Positions 50,953 to 64,000 of a stretch of DNA of 64,000 bases are shown here, piece by piece (within the stretch, counting starts at the first letter, position 1; every line of letters begins with the position of its first letter). Where the stretch lies: positions 186,001 through 250,000 of the forward strand of contig JBEUKZ010000077.1 of the NCBI GenBank assembly GCA_048128005.1. Direction: 5' to 3'. The notes beneath the pieces were generated by a model. That model was not told where the DNA came from, made no database searches, and was given only the letters and a program-made list of their open reading frames with translations. The DNA comes from Veleropilina oligotropha. Lineage: Eukaryota. The translations under genes were made by a program, and so were the position numbers.

Positions 50953-53120
50953 AACAAGAGAGCCAGGTCACAATATACTACACCCGTCTCAATGTTCTAT
51001 TGATTTAATGCGTTAATTGTTTGCAAAATAATGAAGCATTTTGGCATGAATACATAATTCAAGAGCCATATTACCTGATACTTATAACCGTAACCGATTG
51101 ACCAGAGTGACATTAGACACTGGATACAGTCTGCTCTTGTTTAATGGCAAAATATACTGCCATTTCAAGATAACATTAGAATGAACCAATGGAAGGCAGT
51201 TTCAAAATCAGTTTAATTTCCGATTTTGCAAATCCCAACCCCACAGACTGACCATTAAGCTTAACAGCTTAGTTACTGTGCCTATTGGCAGTGAGCAAGT
51301 CTTACAGATAAGCACATGTTATTTACAATAGTACACACATAATATTTATATAAGTATACAAAACAAAGAACCTTACTCTTCTAAAATTCTATTTGTTTTC
51401 AAAGAAATAATGTTAATGCATAATGCTCAATACTTCAAGGCATATTCAAACTTCTCGGTTATATTTCAAGGGGGATAACTCTAGTACTAATGGCCCGATG
51501 TCGCTGGGTATCGAACTTGACCTAGATATTATCGCTACAAGCATGTTAGGTGTAGAACGAGTACAAATTGCTCGCGATATCGAGTGGACATATTGTGTAT
51601 TGTCAATTTTGCATATTTCAAGGGGCATAACTCTGTTTATAATGGTCCGATGACGTTGTCTATCGAACTTGACCTTTATATTATCGGTACAAACATCTTT
51701 ACCAAGTTTGGTGAATAATGATAAACAATTGTTCGCGTTACCGAGCGGACATGTCAATTTTACATAATTCAAGGGCCATAACTCTAGTTCTAACGGTCAG
51801 ATGATGCTGACTATCGAAGTTGACCTAGGTAATATCGCTGCAAATATCTTTACCAAGAGAAGAATGAATAACAAGAGTGCCAGGTCACAATATACAACCG
51901 TCTCAATGTTCTATTGATGTCATGAGCAAATTGTTTGCAAAATAATGAAGCATTTTCACATGAACAAATGTGGTGAATGATAGATGGAATTTGCTCGAGT
52001 CGTCAATCAGACTCTGGAGAAAGTCAATTTTGCATAATTTACCTAATTCAAGAGCCATATTACCTGATAATTTGAACCCTTACCAGTTGACCCGAGCGAC
52101 ATTAGACACTGGATACATTCTGCTCTTGTATAATGGCAACATATACTGCCATTTCAAGATATCATTGGAATGAACCAATGGGAAGCCAGTTTTCAAAATC
52201 AGTTTGATTTCCGATTTTGAAAATCCCAGGTTCACAGACTGGCCAATAAGCGTAACAGCTTACTGTGCCTATTGGCGGTGAACAAGTCTTACAGATAAGA
52301 ATAAGTCTTACAGATAAGCACATGTCATTTACCATTGTACACACATAATATTTATATTAGTATACAAAACAAACAAACTTACTCTTGTAAAATGCTATTT
52401 GTATTCAAAGAAAGAAGGTTAATGCATAATGCTCAATACTTCAAGGCATATTCAAACCTCTAAGTTATATTTCAAGAGGGATAACTCTAGTTCTAACGGT
52501 CCGATGATGATGGCTATCGAACTTGACCTAGATATTATCGGTACAAACATCTTTACAAAGTTTGGCGGAGATTGAATAAAAATTGCTTACGTTATCCAGC
52601 GGACATGTCAATTTTAAATAATTCAAGGGCCATAACTCTAGTTATAACAGTCCGATGATGATGGCTATCGAACATGACCTAGATATTATCGGTACAAACA
52701 GCTTGACAAAGTTTGGCGAAGATTGAATAAACATTGCTCGCGTTATCGAGCGGACATGTCAAATTTACATAAGTCAACGGTCATAACTCTAGTTATAACT
52801 GTCCGGTGACAATGGCTATCGAACTTGACCTAGATATTATCGGTACAAACATCTTTAACAAGTTTGATGAAGAATGAATAAAATTTGCTCGAGTTATCGA
52901 GCGGACACTGTGTATTTTGCATATTGCAAGGGCCATAACTCTAGTTCTAATGGTCCGCTGACGCTGGCTATCGAACTTGACCAAGATATTATCGCTAGAA
53001 ACATCTTTGGTCAAGATTGGATGAAAATTACTCCAGTTATTGAGCGGATAAGTTCTATCCACCCGCCCGCCCAACGTGGGTAAATACATAATACGTCCCG
53101 TGAACAGGCGAATAAAAATT
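50953..53120 (-). mobile_element. HINE-like element(s) with ~147-bp internal tandem repeats; two duplicated terminal modules
   Basis: aacaagag.gccaggtcacaatatac at 50953 and ~51870; repeated ataactctagtt...tatcgaacttgacctagatattatcg. Confidence 0.65.
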
Positions 53121-53694
53121 GCTTTACTTATTGAGCGGACACTGGCATTAATTGTGTCAATTTTGCTTATTGCAAGCCTTAGGGCCATAACTTTAGTTCT
53201 AACGGTGTGATTACACTGGCTATTCGAGATACCGATATGTTTATAAACAAGCGAGATTTGTCGCACATGCGCGAATCACTCCTGGCAACAACAGTACTTC
53301 CGGCGTTCGGATAAACACTGCATGTTGTTGGTATAGTAATACTAGCGGGTTGAAAGTCAGTGCGTTACCGAAATACTACAGTAACTTATAAACCAATACG
53401 TTGAATAACGAATTATTGCACCACAGTGATGAATAAAATATCGCAACAGCGGTCACAATTTGAAATTGAATCGAGCGAACGAAGTCTGTCGAACTTCGTC
53501 CAGACATCGGTAAATGACACACATTCGCCACAATACATATTATTATACTATTATAATATAGGCTCTACCATGCTTACCCTAGAAAAAAAATCGATTAATA
53601 TTATGCATATAACAAACCTTTTATTTTGAAGCATTGGAGACCGATTTTTTCAGGTAGTTTTCGGTGGCTATTATAGGTAACGAATGTCTATGCC

Positions 53695-53804
53695 TAGTCC
53701 GATAAATCTGCCCCTAATTACAAGCTCGAAATTCTGACGGTCGCGCCTATACACGCGACCGTCAGAATTTCGAGCTTGTAATTAGGGGCAGATTTATCGG
53801 ACTA
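53695..53804. mobile_element. 110-bp palindromic MITE with 9-bp TSD (AcademH- or MuDR-like)
   Basis: Perfect 51-bp arms beginning TAGTCCG, 8-nt loop; TSD gtctatgcc (53686-94 / 53805-13). Confidence 0.9.
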
Positions 53805-54115
53805 GTCTATGCCAACAGCACTATCTAGTTTAATAGCTGTTTTTCTAATTTTGATATGATGTTATAATTATTGGATCACAAAACGATGCAATCAGATTTT
53901 CGTCAATAATTTAAATATTTTGTGATGTGTGATTCGATAAGGATGATTTGACAGCATATACATTTTTGATTTAGTTACCTTATAAGTTTGCATACAAGCT
54001 TCCCCGCTTCCCATCCCAATAATAATAGAAAATGCCCCATTTGTGCCAGAGCTTTTGTAAAGATCAACTGGTCGTATATATACATATACATATATATGGT
54101 TTATAAGTTACTTTA

Positions 54116-54442
<327 letters not shown>

Positions 54443-54589
54443 ATGAAGTCACAACACTGTTTCATAAGGTGGCACGGTTTATAATGAAGAATAAAGTTTG
54501 GTCGAGATCTGACAACCAGCCGAACGCATGTACACCCACCCGATCAGTCAGTTGTGGAGGTGAAAAGGGAAAGAATGGATGCTTAATGT

Positions 54590-54790
54590 CCTGTATATTT
54601 CCAACCATTAAGTTCAAACAGGAATGTCCATATTATCGCGGGAGGAAAGCCTGGTTGCCTGGGGAAATCCGCCCTCTACGACTAGTTACGGTCAACTGTG
54701 ATTCATAACTTGAACAAATAATGACACGTCTCAACCGAGATTCGAACTGACGACCGATCATGTCAGTGATTTTTTGGAGTCTGCAACCGA
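54590..54790 (-). mobile_element. tRNA-derived SINE remnant
   Basis: gagattcgaac B box; body similar to the 13290 and 42831 elements. Confidence 0.5.
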
Positions 54791-55699
54791 AATCAAATAA
54801 AGAGCTTGCTTAATTTCATCTTCTGGTTGCTTAATAATTACATTGTATCATATGGGAAAGCCTCAAGAATCCATCTCTGGTTATTTATCATTATGAAGTT
54901 TTAGATACTAGTACACTTCTTAGCAGTTTCAGCAGACCTACAATCAGACTCCAACATATTGTCCGTTGACACTGCCATACCAGTACAAGACTATATTCCT
55001 CGCTGTTCATTTTATGATTTAATTCACATCTACACCCACACTCTGTGATAGAAATTAAGATTTTGCTCACGTCTGACATACCATATATGCTGTGCGGTAC
55101 ATGCATATAGCTTGTACTATCAATATTATAGTATGGGCTGAGGACTAATTTAACAAAATAAAATAGCAATCATTTCAAGACTGTTTATATAGCTGTATTT
55201 CCATGTTTCTCAGATCGCACCAAAAATTTAAAATATGAACGTGATATGAAATTTTGGTCTCTTTCATGATTCTATCATGGATGATGTAGTAGTAGTAGTA
55301 GTAAACTTTATTTTAAGAGGGAGAAACAGTTAGTTTTACAAAACCAATCTTCCCTGAGTCCCTCTCTACAATCACTAATGTATACTAAATGCAAAATAAA
55401 ACTAACTAAATATATACATATATACACACAAAACAGTATAAATATCAGTACCAGTATTATAAGTTCAACATAACAGAAATGCATACAGGTCTAGCATATT
55501 AGAATATCACTATTATATAGAACTCAATGCTGATTCTCGAGATAGCATATCATTTTACGCTTAAAGTCATCAGTTGATGAAGCATGCTTAACAGTTTGAG
55601 GCAGTTTGTTCCAGAGCTGTGACCCAGTGTAGTTAAAAGTCCGTTTTAAAGATTCAGTTCTAGGTTTTGGTAAGTATAAATTGTTATTTGTTACTGATC

Positions 55700-58400
55700 T
55701 TAGGTCTCTGTTATAAATTTGATCATTATAATTAAATTCTGAAGGTATAATGGTGTAAGATCATTGAAGCATTTGTACATCAAGATTCCTTTACTGAGCT
55801 GAAGTATGTCATTGAAATTTAACCAGCCCAATGTTTTGAATAGTTGCTTACTTGGTGCATCATAATCAGCATCCAAAATTATCCTGGCAGCCTGTTTTTG
55901 AAGCCTTTCTACACGATTTATATTTGCTCTGGAACAATTACCCCAAACTGTAAAGCAATAATCCATCACAGTTTGAATATAACAGTTATAAAATAACTTT
56001 CTTAAATGGAGTGAAAGATACCTTTTTATCCTTCTTAATAGATATAGTCGTGATGATATCAAAGAGCATATATAATCAATTTGACAAGTCCAATTTAAAT
56101 TTTCATCAATGAAAACACCGAGAAGTTTTTCTGATTTTGAGTTTTCAATTGTACTATCTTTAAACACAATATTAATATCCGAAAGAGTATTAAGTCTTTG
56201 TCTGGTGCCTATTATCATTGCTTTAGTTTTTGCCATATTTATAAGCATACCGTTGTTATAGCACCATTTGTCAATATTTTTAATATCTTCCGTTAGATTT
56301 GCAATAATTTTATCAGGACATCTATCAGAGGAGTGAATTGTAGTGTCATCTGCATATAAATCAGTACTGCATGATTTGATGCTCAAAGGCAAGTCATTGA
56401 TAAAAACAAGAAATAATAATGGTCCCAAGATGGAACCTTGTGGGACACCATATTCTACGTTTGTTGAGAGAGATTGGGAATTACCAATGCATACTGTTTG
56501 ACTTCGGTTGTCAAGATAAGATTTCATCCATTTTATGGACGAGGCACTGACTTTATAGCAAGATAGTTTATCAATAAGAAGATTATGATCAACCAGATCA
56601 AAAGCTTTTTGTAAGTCAACTAATATGGTTCCAATGACATTTCCTTTATCCATTTCTGACAGCCATTGATCAGTTAATTTTATAAGTGCTGTTTGACATG
56701 AGTGTTTTTGTCGAAATCCAGATTGAGCATGATGAAGGAGATCATTTGTATTTAAGTGTGTTTGAAGTTGATTTCCAACATGTCTTTCTAACAATTTTGA
56801 AATAGTTGGCAAAATGGATATTGGGCGATAATTTTCAATTTTTGTCTTGTTTCCTTTCTTATGAATTGGTACCATTTTTGCATCTTTTAATTTCTTTGGA
56901 AACTTGCTTTTAGTAATGCTTAAATTAAAAATGTATGTAAGGGACAGTGAAACAATGGGAGCACACATTTTAAGTATGTTAGGTCCAACACCATCTAATC
57001 CTGTTGATTTGTTAACATTAAGGGATTGTAGAGATGCATGTACTTGTGCACACGTAATGTATTTTATTTGGAATTGTTCAATATTTGCAATTTTTGATTC
57101 CAGGTAGTTTTTAAGATCTGAAAGGTCCGAGGAACATCCAGTGTTGGCCTTCAATGTGTGAGCGATATCTTTAAAATATGTACTGAATGTAGATGCAATA
57201 TCGTCAAGGTTGCTGCTTATATGTCCATCAATATCAATAGATGATGGATGAGTGATTTTACCATTTTTCACTCTTGATATGTCATTAAATACCTTCCACG
57301 TTTTTTACATTTTGTGCATCTGCAACCGATGCTTCTACTAATTTTTTCTTGGACATTTCTATGCGTTTCTTTACTTGATTTCTCCAAATTTTGTAATTGG
57401 AGTGACCATGTTTTCGTTTTTACTTATCTCTTAACCTACATGCCTCTTTGATATCATCATTATACCATTCCGGCTTTCTTGAGTGTTTAACACGGATACA
57501 TTTCACCGGAGCATGTTTGTTTAGGACAGATAATAATATATTGTACCACAAATCTAAACAATAATCAGGATCATCGTAATATTCAACTTCATGAAAGGGT
57601 GCAGACATCAGGTCATTTAAAAATTCGGATTCGTTAAACTTTTTAAAATTTATATAAGTGATTTCAAAATGTTGATTTTTCTTTTCAGTCTGAAAATTAT
57701 ATTTTGTTATGGAAGTCGGATAATGATCACTTATACCATAGATTGGAACTCTGACATCAATGATATGTTCAGGATGTGTTGTGTAAATGTGATCTATGGT
57801 AGAAGTAGTAGAATCTGTAACTCGAGTTGGACATTTTATCATTTGATGTAAATTATGTGATTGGATAAGATCCTTCCATTTGCATGGGATAGAGAGTGAA
57901 TCACCATAGTTTATATTGAAATCACCAAGAATCAAAAACTTCTTTCTCTTCAGACAATGTTTTTGAAATCTGGATTTCAAAGTTATCAATCCAGCTGTTG
58001 GTTGCCCTTGGCGGTCGATAACAGAAACACAAAAGGAAAGGTTTACATTTAAATGTGGCAATTTCTATCCAAACAGTCTCAGTTTCAAAATCTTCTAAAT
58101 CACTTCGTCTCAGATACTGAATAGTGTCAAGGAGATAAACAATGAGACCACCTCCTAATTTACCAACTCTGTCCTTTCTGATCATATTATAATTTTCAAT
58201 TATTACTTGATTATCTGACACCTTTTCATTCAGGAAAGTTTCTGAAAAACCTATAATACTTGGTTTATTAGAGGAATTAGTAATTTGGAATTCTAATTCG
58301 TCAAACTTAGGCAGTAAATGACATACATTTAAGTGTGTAATATTAAGACCTTTTTTATCACAGTCAAATGGTGAGAAGCAGTTTTGAGTTTCATCTGTGA
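55700..58400 (-). pseudogene. LINE ORF2 (APE + RT), frameshifted
   Basis: HLNVCHL, GFSETFL, YRPP, LGDFN, IDHIY, SDH; YRPISILP, QSGFR, DLQKAFD, GVPQGSILGP, YADD. Confidence 0.92.
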
Positions 58401-58722
58401 TGCACATATTCATATACAATAAATCCTGAAGGCATATGCAAACACAAATCAAAAGAATAAATAAATTACATGTACATAAAAAGTCATAGTTTGAATTAGC
58501 TTGTAATAATTGGGACTCAGGGATATATAATGTGCTTGATACATCACTTTTTACTTTGACAGCTTTGTTTGATATTGACATAAAATGTTTGAGTGAAGAA
58601 AATTCAACATCATTGTCTCCACATACACAAGACTCTGTATTGCATTCAGTGCATAAAGATTGCAACAATTCAAAGTTATTGTTTAATTGTATCTTGTCGG
58701 CTTCGTCTGCTTTGCCAAGCTG

Positions 58723-58912
58723 TTATTGAATACTTTGACCACAGATCCGTGATTTGTGACCATACAAACCACAAGTCCAACATTGAACAGCAGCACCATG
58801 AAAACACACTTTCGACGAGTGTCCTGCTTCACCACAAAAGAAGCAGCATTGTTCTTGACAAGATGTCGAATTGTTGCCAGAACTTCGAGACCATTTCAAA
58901 ATAGGGCACAGG
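58723..58912 (-). CDS. LINE ORF1 C-terminus with two CCHC zinc knuckles
   Basis: CFFCGEAGHSSKVC and CWTCGLYGHKSRIC; in frame with 63912-64000 across the LTR insertion. Confidence 0.85.
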
Positions 58913-61900
58913 TGTTACAATATGATGTCTAATTACTTAACGAGTTAACTTTAAGAATGGTAAATTAGTATTGATATAAATGTAGAAAAGTACTTGATGA
59001 TTCATTGCACTAAGAGCCCATGCCATACAATGATTGACTGTGACCTGATGATCTAATGTAATCTTGGTAATATTATCAATAACAATTAGCAGAAGTTAAC
59101 GAGAATTGACGTCACATGAGGATGGCATGGGTGGACATGTTTGACATGTTTATATAATTGAAATAGATTAATGATGCTTACTATGAGTCATTTTGCACGC
59201 GTTACTGTTGCCACGTTGGAAGTGCCACGTTGGACAAATTATGATGTAATTCCAAAGCGCGCAAGCCGATTGGTTAAGAAGAGGGTGTGACCCTTTTGAG
59301 AATATCTGGTTTGGGTCCAGAGCGCGCTCGAGGAATTCAGTCCCAAACTAGCTCCAAGCTAGGAAGCACGCCCGGGCGGGGCTCATTTTGAGTAGTTAGT
59401 AAATGTATGTATACGATGTAATGTACCATGTTGAGGACATATATAAATGAATTGTCCTGAAACTACAAATGCCTTGTAATGCAGTAGTGAGAAGTCAAGC
59501 CAACGACTCCAGCGGATAGCGTCTTGTCACGGGGATGTTATCGCATACCATCGCATTCCAGCATGGATAACACAACGGTCCATTATAAATGTTGGAATGA
59601 CCAGAGTCGGCTCAGTAGAGACAGTAGCAGATATTAGAGGAACCTAGACGACACGTATAATGAAGATCATTAACCTCCCATCGTTGTTCTCGGAACATAT
59701 GGCAAACAATTGCAGACTACAGAACTATCTATCCCATTAACACTGTGATGCGGTGTCGGGCGTTCCGCCAGTTCTTGAAATCCGAACTTGGTAACATCAT
59801 CTGCCCCGCAGTGTCACAGTGGTTAATTTGGTGAGCGTGACCAGGATGACCCAAGCTGTTAATTTGGCGATGTGATCTGGCTGACCTACGAATATCAACA
59901 AACCGCAGAGGAAAAATCGTGGTGGCTGTTGCAGACCGGCATACCAAAAGACAGAGTGCAATTGAGATGGCGTATCGAAATGGAGCTGTTATCAACAATA
60001 ACATAGGGTGAGTGTGTCATATAATAAGTCTGCATTTTGTAAATTACACCTGATTATAAATTTAATGTAATAGAAATGGCCGAAAGTAAGGTTTCATATA
60101 GTAAAGGTAATAATATGGAAGTGAACGCTTTTGAGAAACCAATCGCGTAAAAGGAATTAAGATAATAGTCGATAAATAAGAAGATGGTTGTATTGTACAT
60201 AAATATTGTGTTTGCATGCTTTGAATTATATTATTTATATTGGAACTGGAATAGGGATAAGATAGTTACCATTATTGAAGAGCTACACTGTATTTATAGC
60301 AGAAATATGTATTGTTTCCATTGTATAATGGATTTATTGTATGCCATGTAAAGCACTATTGAGAGTCATAGTGTGGTATAAAACGAGTGAGTATCAGTTT
60401 CTACAAATGCTGCGAGAAATTGTGTCAATTTATTCATTGACTGTTTTAATGTATGTCGCATGATAAATGCTTGAGATATGCATTACTGTAACTGCCAGAG
60501 ACTAGATTGATTACAAAATTTTGGCTCCTGCAGCAAGGGATCAGCGCAGTTGACCTTTGTGTAAACAAACTCGCAGAGTAGAGTATTTTATAACTGGGAA
60601 AATAAATTTTGCAGATTAATTGAGTCAGAAACAGAAATAGCGAAGCAGAAGAGAATAAATATTACAGGAAAAGTAATAAATGTTAGAATTGTTTGATTTC
60701 ATTTGACAAGTGTTGAGAATTAAAAGACGTGACCAAAAGCATTGTTATGTGAGGACGCACATGTAATAAGAAACGTACATGTTAGGTGTCGACGTTATGT
60801 CGGGGGCTGTTTAAGCTTTTAAAGGGAGAATTAAATCCTTTGCACCATAATACAGTTCGAAACCGGTTTAGGGCAAACTGATAAGGTTGATTGGACCTCG
60901 TGAATGCCAATCGGAGGGAGAGGTGAAATAATGTAAATGAAATCAAATAATAAAACAGTCATTGGGTGTACAGACATTAACGCAACTAATAGAGAGAGGG
61001 TGGAGTGATTCCCCTGAATAGTAAAAGTGCACTGTGGGTCGTGGTGACAGTGGGGTGACAGACATAAAGGGTGATATCTACTGATGAGATAGAGAGAGAG
61101 TGTTAGGTCTGTCTAACATGAGTTGGTAACTTTTGATTAATTTATTAGCGCTTGAACTAAGGGGTCAACCGGGGCTTCGCGGCGTGTTCTTCGACTTGGA
61201 ACACGCTTCCTGGTTGTTGGATCAAATTGATTTTTGGTCTCGCTTAATGACTTTTATGTTCACATGTTGGATAGTCTAACGAATGCATTCTTCAGTAAGA
61301 GTTAGTAACACGTGGATGATTGGTCGTAACACGCCACTGATAACTGACCCATGAAAGAGGTGATTGAGAAAATGTGGATAAGAAGTCCACCAAATAAATA
61401 CAAGGAGCGCTAAAGAGGGTCAATTAATAAATGGTGACCAATAGGCGGAGCGATGAATAAATTTGCAATAGGTAGTGTCTTGTATTTTAGAGAATTTCGT
61501 AAGATCTGTTAGCTGAGTTTATTGGTACTAATAAGTGACTAACATGAACCGAATGCCTATGAGTATGCATTATTTCCGAATTGAAAGGCATACAGCGATT
61601 GGGTTCTATATAGGCGTTCACGATCCTGTTTATGATTGTCATAATTGGATGTATAATGTATAAATGTACGGTTCATTGTGAGAGGAAATATTCGTTGGCC
61701 ATAAACTTAGTAGAAAGGAGAACAGGTGTAATGCAGACAAGACACACAAAACCAATTAATTAAATCAATGATGTGCAATGTGTCGTCATCGGGAGATAAT
61801 AGCCGATAATGCCTAACATACTCAATGGTGACTAGCAGTTCTAGTAAACAAGTTAAATGTTTTCTGGCCGAGAGGGCTGGACACTTGAATATATTGAGAA

Positions 61901-62740
61901 GCTGAGGATATGGAAACCCAGCATAAATAAATGAAGAGTAAGACGTGTAATTAGTTACTGAAGATCAATGTAACTTGTCAAAATGATGTACACCCATGTT
62001 GATAATGATTGTATAAAGTGGCATAGTATTGCCTAACTGTAAATCGTGTTGGTGTTAATTGGGAGCACCACTTTAGTTAAAGTGTGAACATAAGTTAGAG
62101 GACAGATATTGCTGCTTTGATCTTTCTTCCAGATCATCCATTGTGTCACGATTAAATCAATGAATATGCGTGCGACGACTAAGAACCTACGACATGTTTA
62201 ATTGGTGCGACGACTGGGGATTGGACATATTTACGAACTGTGTGTCTGGATCGTCGACCGATCGCACGTGATTAGGACTGAATGGATGTGCCTTGCGAAA
62301 AATGAACAATGTGCGCGATCAAGTTTATGTAGTGACCCATGTGATGAATACATGGGGTTAAAGAGACTCTTAGTAAATTTATTGATGATCTTAATTGTTT
62401 TGAAATACATTTGATTATTGAGTTATATTGTGCATGCTTTATTTTATTGTGCATGTTTTATTATTGTTGAACTATGTTTTGATTACCGATCATATTGAAT
62501 GACTATATGAGAATCTTAATTTGATTAATATTCTTCGAAGTATGGGAGGTACTGTTACAATATGATGTCTAATTACTTGTTAACTTTAAGAATGGTAAAT
62601 TAGTATTGATATAAATGTAGAAAAGTACTTGATGATTAATTGCACTAAGAGCCCATGCCATACAATGATTGACTGTGACCTGATGATCTAATGCAATCTT
62701 GGTAATCTTAATATAATGGAGCTATAATTGTATGTGTGTG

Positions 62741-62775
<35 letters not shown>

Positions 62776-63907
62776 TTCAAGTTGTACTCCTCCCAGACGC
62801 TTTGACCTAGGACCTTCAAACTTTGGGGGGTTAATCGGGGTCCCCCAAGGAAGGTTTACCACGAAACAAATTCGGAAAATTCGGGAAAAAAAAAAAATAT
62901 TACTATATATCTTCATATAATGCAGCTATCATTGTATGTGTGTCTGTCTGTTTCAAGTTGAACTCCTCCCAGACGCTTTGACCTAGGACCTTCAAACTTT
63001 GGGGGGTTAATCGGGGTCCCCCAAGGAAGGTTTACCACGAAAAAAATTCGGAAAATTCGGGAAAAAAAAAAAATATTTAAGGGAGCACTATCCAAAAAAA
63101 AAAAAAAAAAAAATTGGGGTGGGGGGACTTACCCGGCGAAGACGGGTACCAAAAGCTAGTATTATCAATAACAATTAGCAGAAGTTAACGAGAATTGACG
63201 TCACATGAGGATGGCATGGGTGGACATGTTTGACCTGTTTATATAATTGAAATAGATTAATGATGCTTACTATGAGTCATTTTGCACACGTTACTGTTGC
63301 CATGTTGGAAGTGCCACGTTGGACAAATTATGATGTAATTCCAAAGCGCGCAAGCCGATTGGTTAAGAAGAGGGTGTGACCCTTTTGAGAATATCTGGTT
63401 TGGGTCCAGAGCGCGCTCGAGGAATTCAGTCCCAAACTAGCTCCAAGCTAGGAAGCACGCCTGGGCGGGGCTCATTTTGAGTAGTTAGTAAATGTATGTA
63501 TACGATGTAATGTACCATGTTGAGGACATATATAAATGAATTGTCCTGAAACTACAAATGCCTTGTAATGCAGTAGTGAGAAGTCAAGCCAACGACTCCA
63601 GCGGACAGCGTCTTGTCACGGGGATGTTATCGCATACCATCGCATTCCAGCATGGATAACACAACGGTCCATTATAAATGTTGGAATGACCAGAGTCGGC
63701 TCAGTAGAGACAGTAGCAGATATTAGAGGAACCTAGACGACACGTATAATGAAGATCATTAACCTCCCATCGTTGTTCTCCGAACATATGGCAAACAATT
63801 GCAGACTACAGAACTATCTATCCCATTAACACTGTGACGCGGTGTCAGGCGTTCCGCCAGTTCTTGAAGTCCGAACTTGGTAACATCATCTGCCCCGCAG
63901 TGTCACA
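58913..63907 (+). mobile_element. Non-autonomous LTR retrotransposon (Gypsy-type 4-bp TSD)
   Basis: LTRs 58913-59818 and 62553-63907 (TG...CA); TSD cagg; PBS-like tggtgagcgtgaccagga; PPT-like gaagtatgggagg; 2.7-kb interior lacks long ORFs. Confidence 0.92.
62706..63159 (+). mobile_element. Non-autonomous Helitron inserted in the 3' LTR
   Basis: A|TC...CTAG|T with no TSD (the 5' LTR shows the empty site ggtaa-tattatc); subterminal hairpin tacccg-gcgaaga-cgggta; (GTCT)n; duplicated 5' module. Confidence 0.93.
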
Positions 63908-63911
63908 CAGG

Positions 63912-64000
63912 CTGTCGATGTTCCTGAGCAGTTGGGAGGTGCCTTTCCTATTCAAGTGGATGCCATCGCGATTGAACATCTCATGGTTATCACATGATCC
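63912..64000 (-). CDS. LINE ORF1 SGNH-esterase segment (partial)
   Basis: FNRDGIHLNRKGTSQLLRNI (DxxH catalytic motif). Confidence 0.8.

Larger units (their letters stand above)
55286..64000 (-). mobile_element. CR1/L2-group LINE (ORF1 esterase + CCHC; ORF2 APE-RT), interrupted by an LTR element, continues beyond the window
   Basis: aataaa plus (TAC)n tail at 55286; ORF2 in three frameshifted pieces; ORF1 pieces at 58723-58912 and 63912-64000. Confidence 0.92.

Noticed and set aside
59040..59100. CTGATGA in the LTR as a retrozyme hammerhead
   Set aside because: No stem II/GAAA follows, and the motif is not kept in the related solo LTR

Overview
Repeat-rich eukaryotic (animal) genomic DNA. 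The TE repertoire suggests a marine invertebrate, probably a lophotrochozoan. Two host genes face each other tail-to-tail. The first is a complete two-coding-exon sulfite oxidase (SUOX, +; targeting exon 21260/21293-21485, 16.4-kb intron, large exon 37884-39391). The second is the last two coding exons of cystathionine beta-synthase (CBS, -; 50095-50179 and 49060-49172), which the ORF track misses. The rest is mostly mobile DNA and tandem repeats: a Naiad-type Penelope element with a minimal hammerhead ribozyme inside (TA)n; a four-level TE nest in the SUOX intron ending in a DIRS retroelement with intact ITRs/ICR; several LINEs (one with a degenerate 2A motif, one with an esterase/zinc-knuckle ORF1); a solo LTR and a related non-coding LTR element; Helitron/HINE elements; SINEs; MITEs; and four minisatellites. 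One minisatellite was born inside one arm of a foldback element, and another was born from the CBS splice donor. A tight cluster of 'long hairpin + short inverted repeat' modules at 43.3-45.3 kb shares a GA/GA-mismatch plus triloop tip. All family assignments were made by eye from motifs, with no database search.
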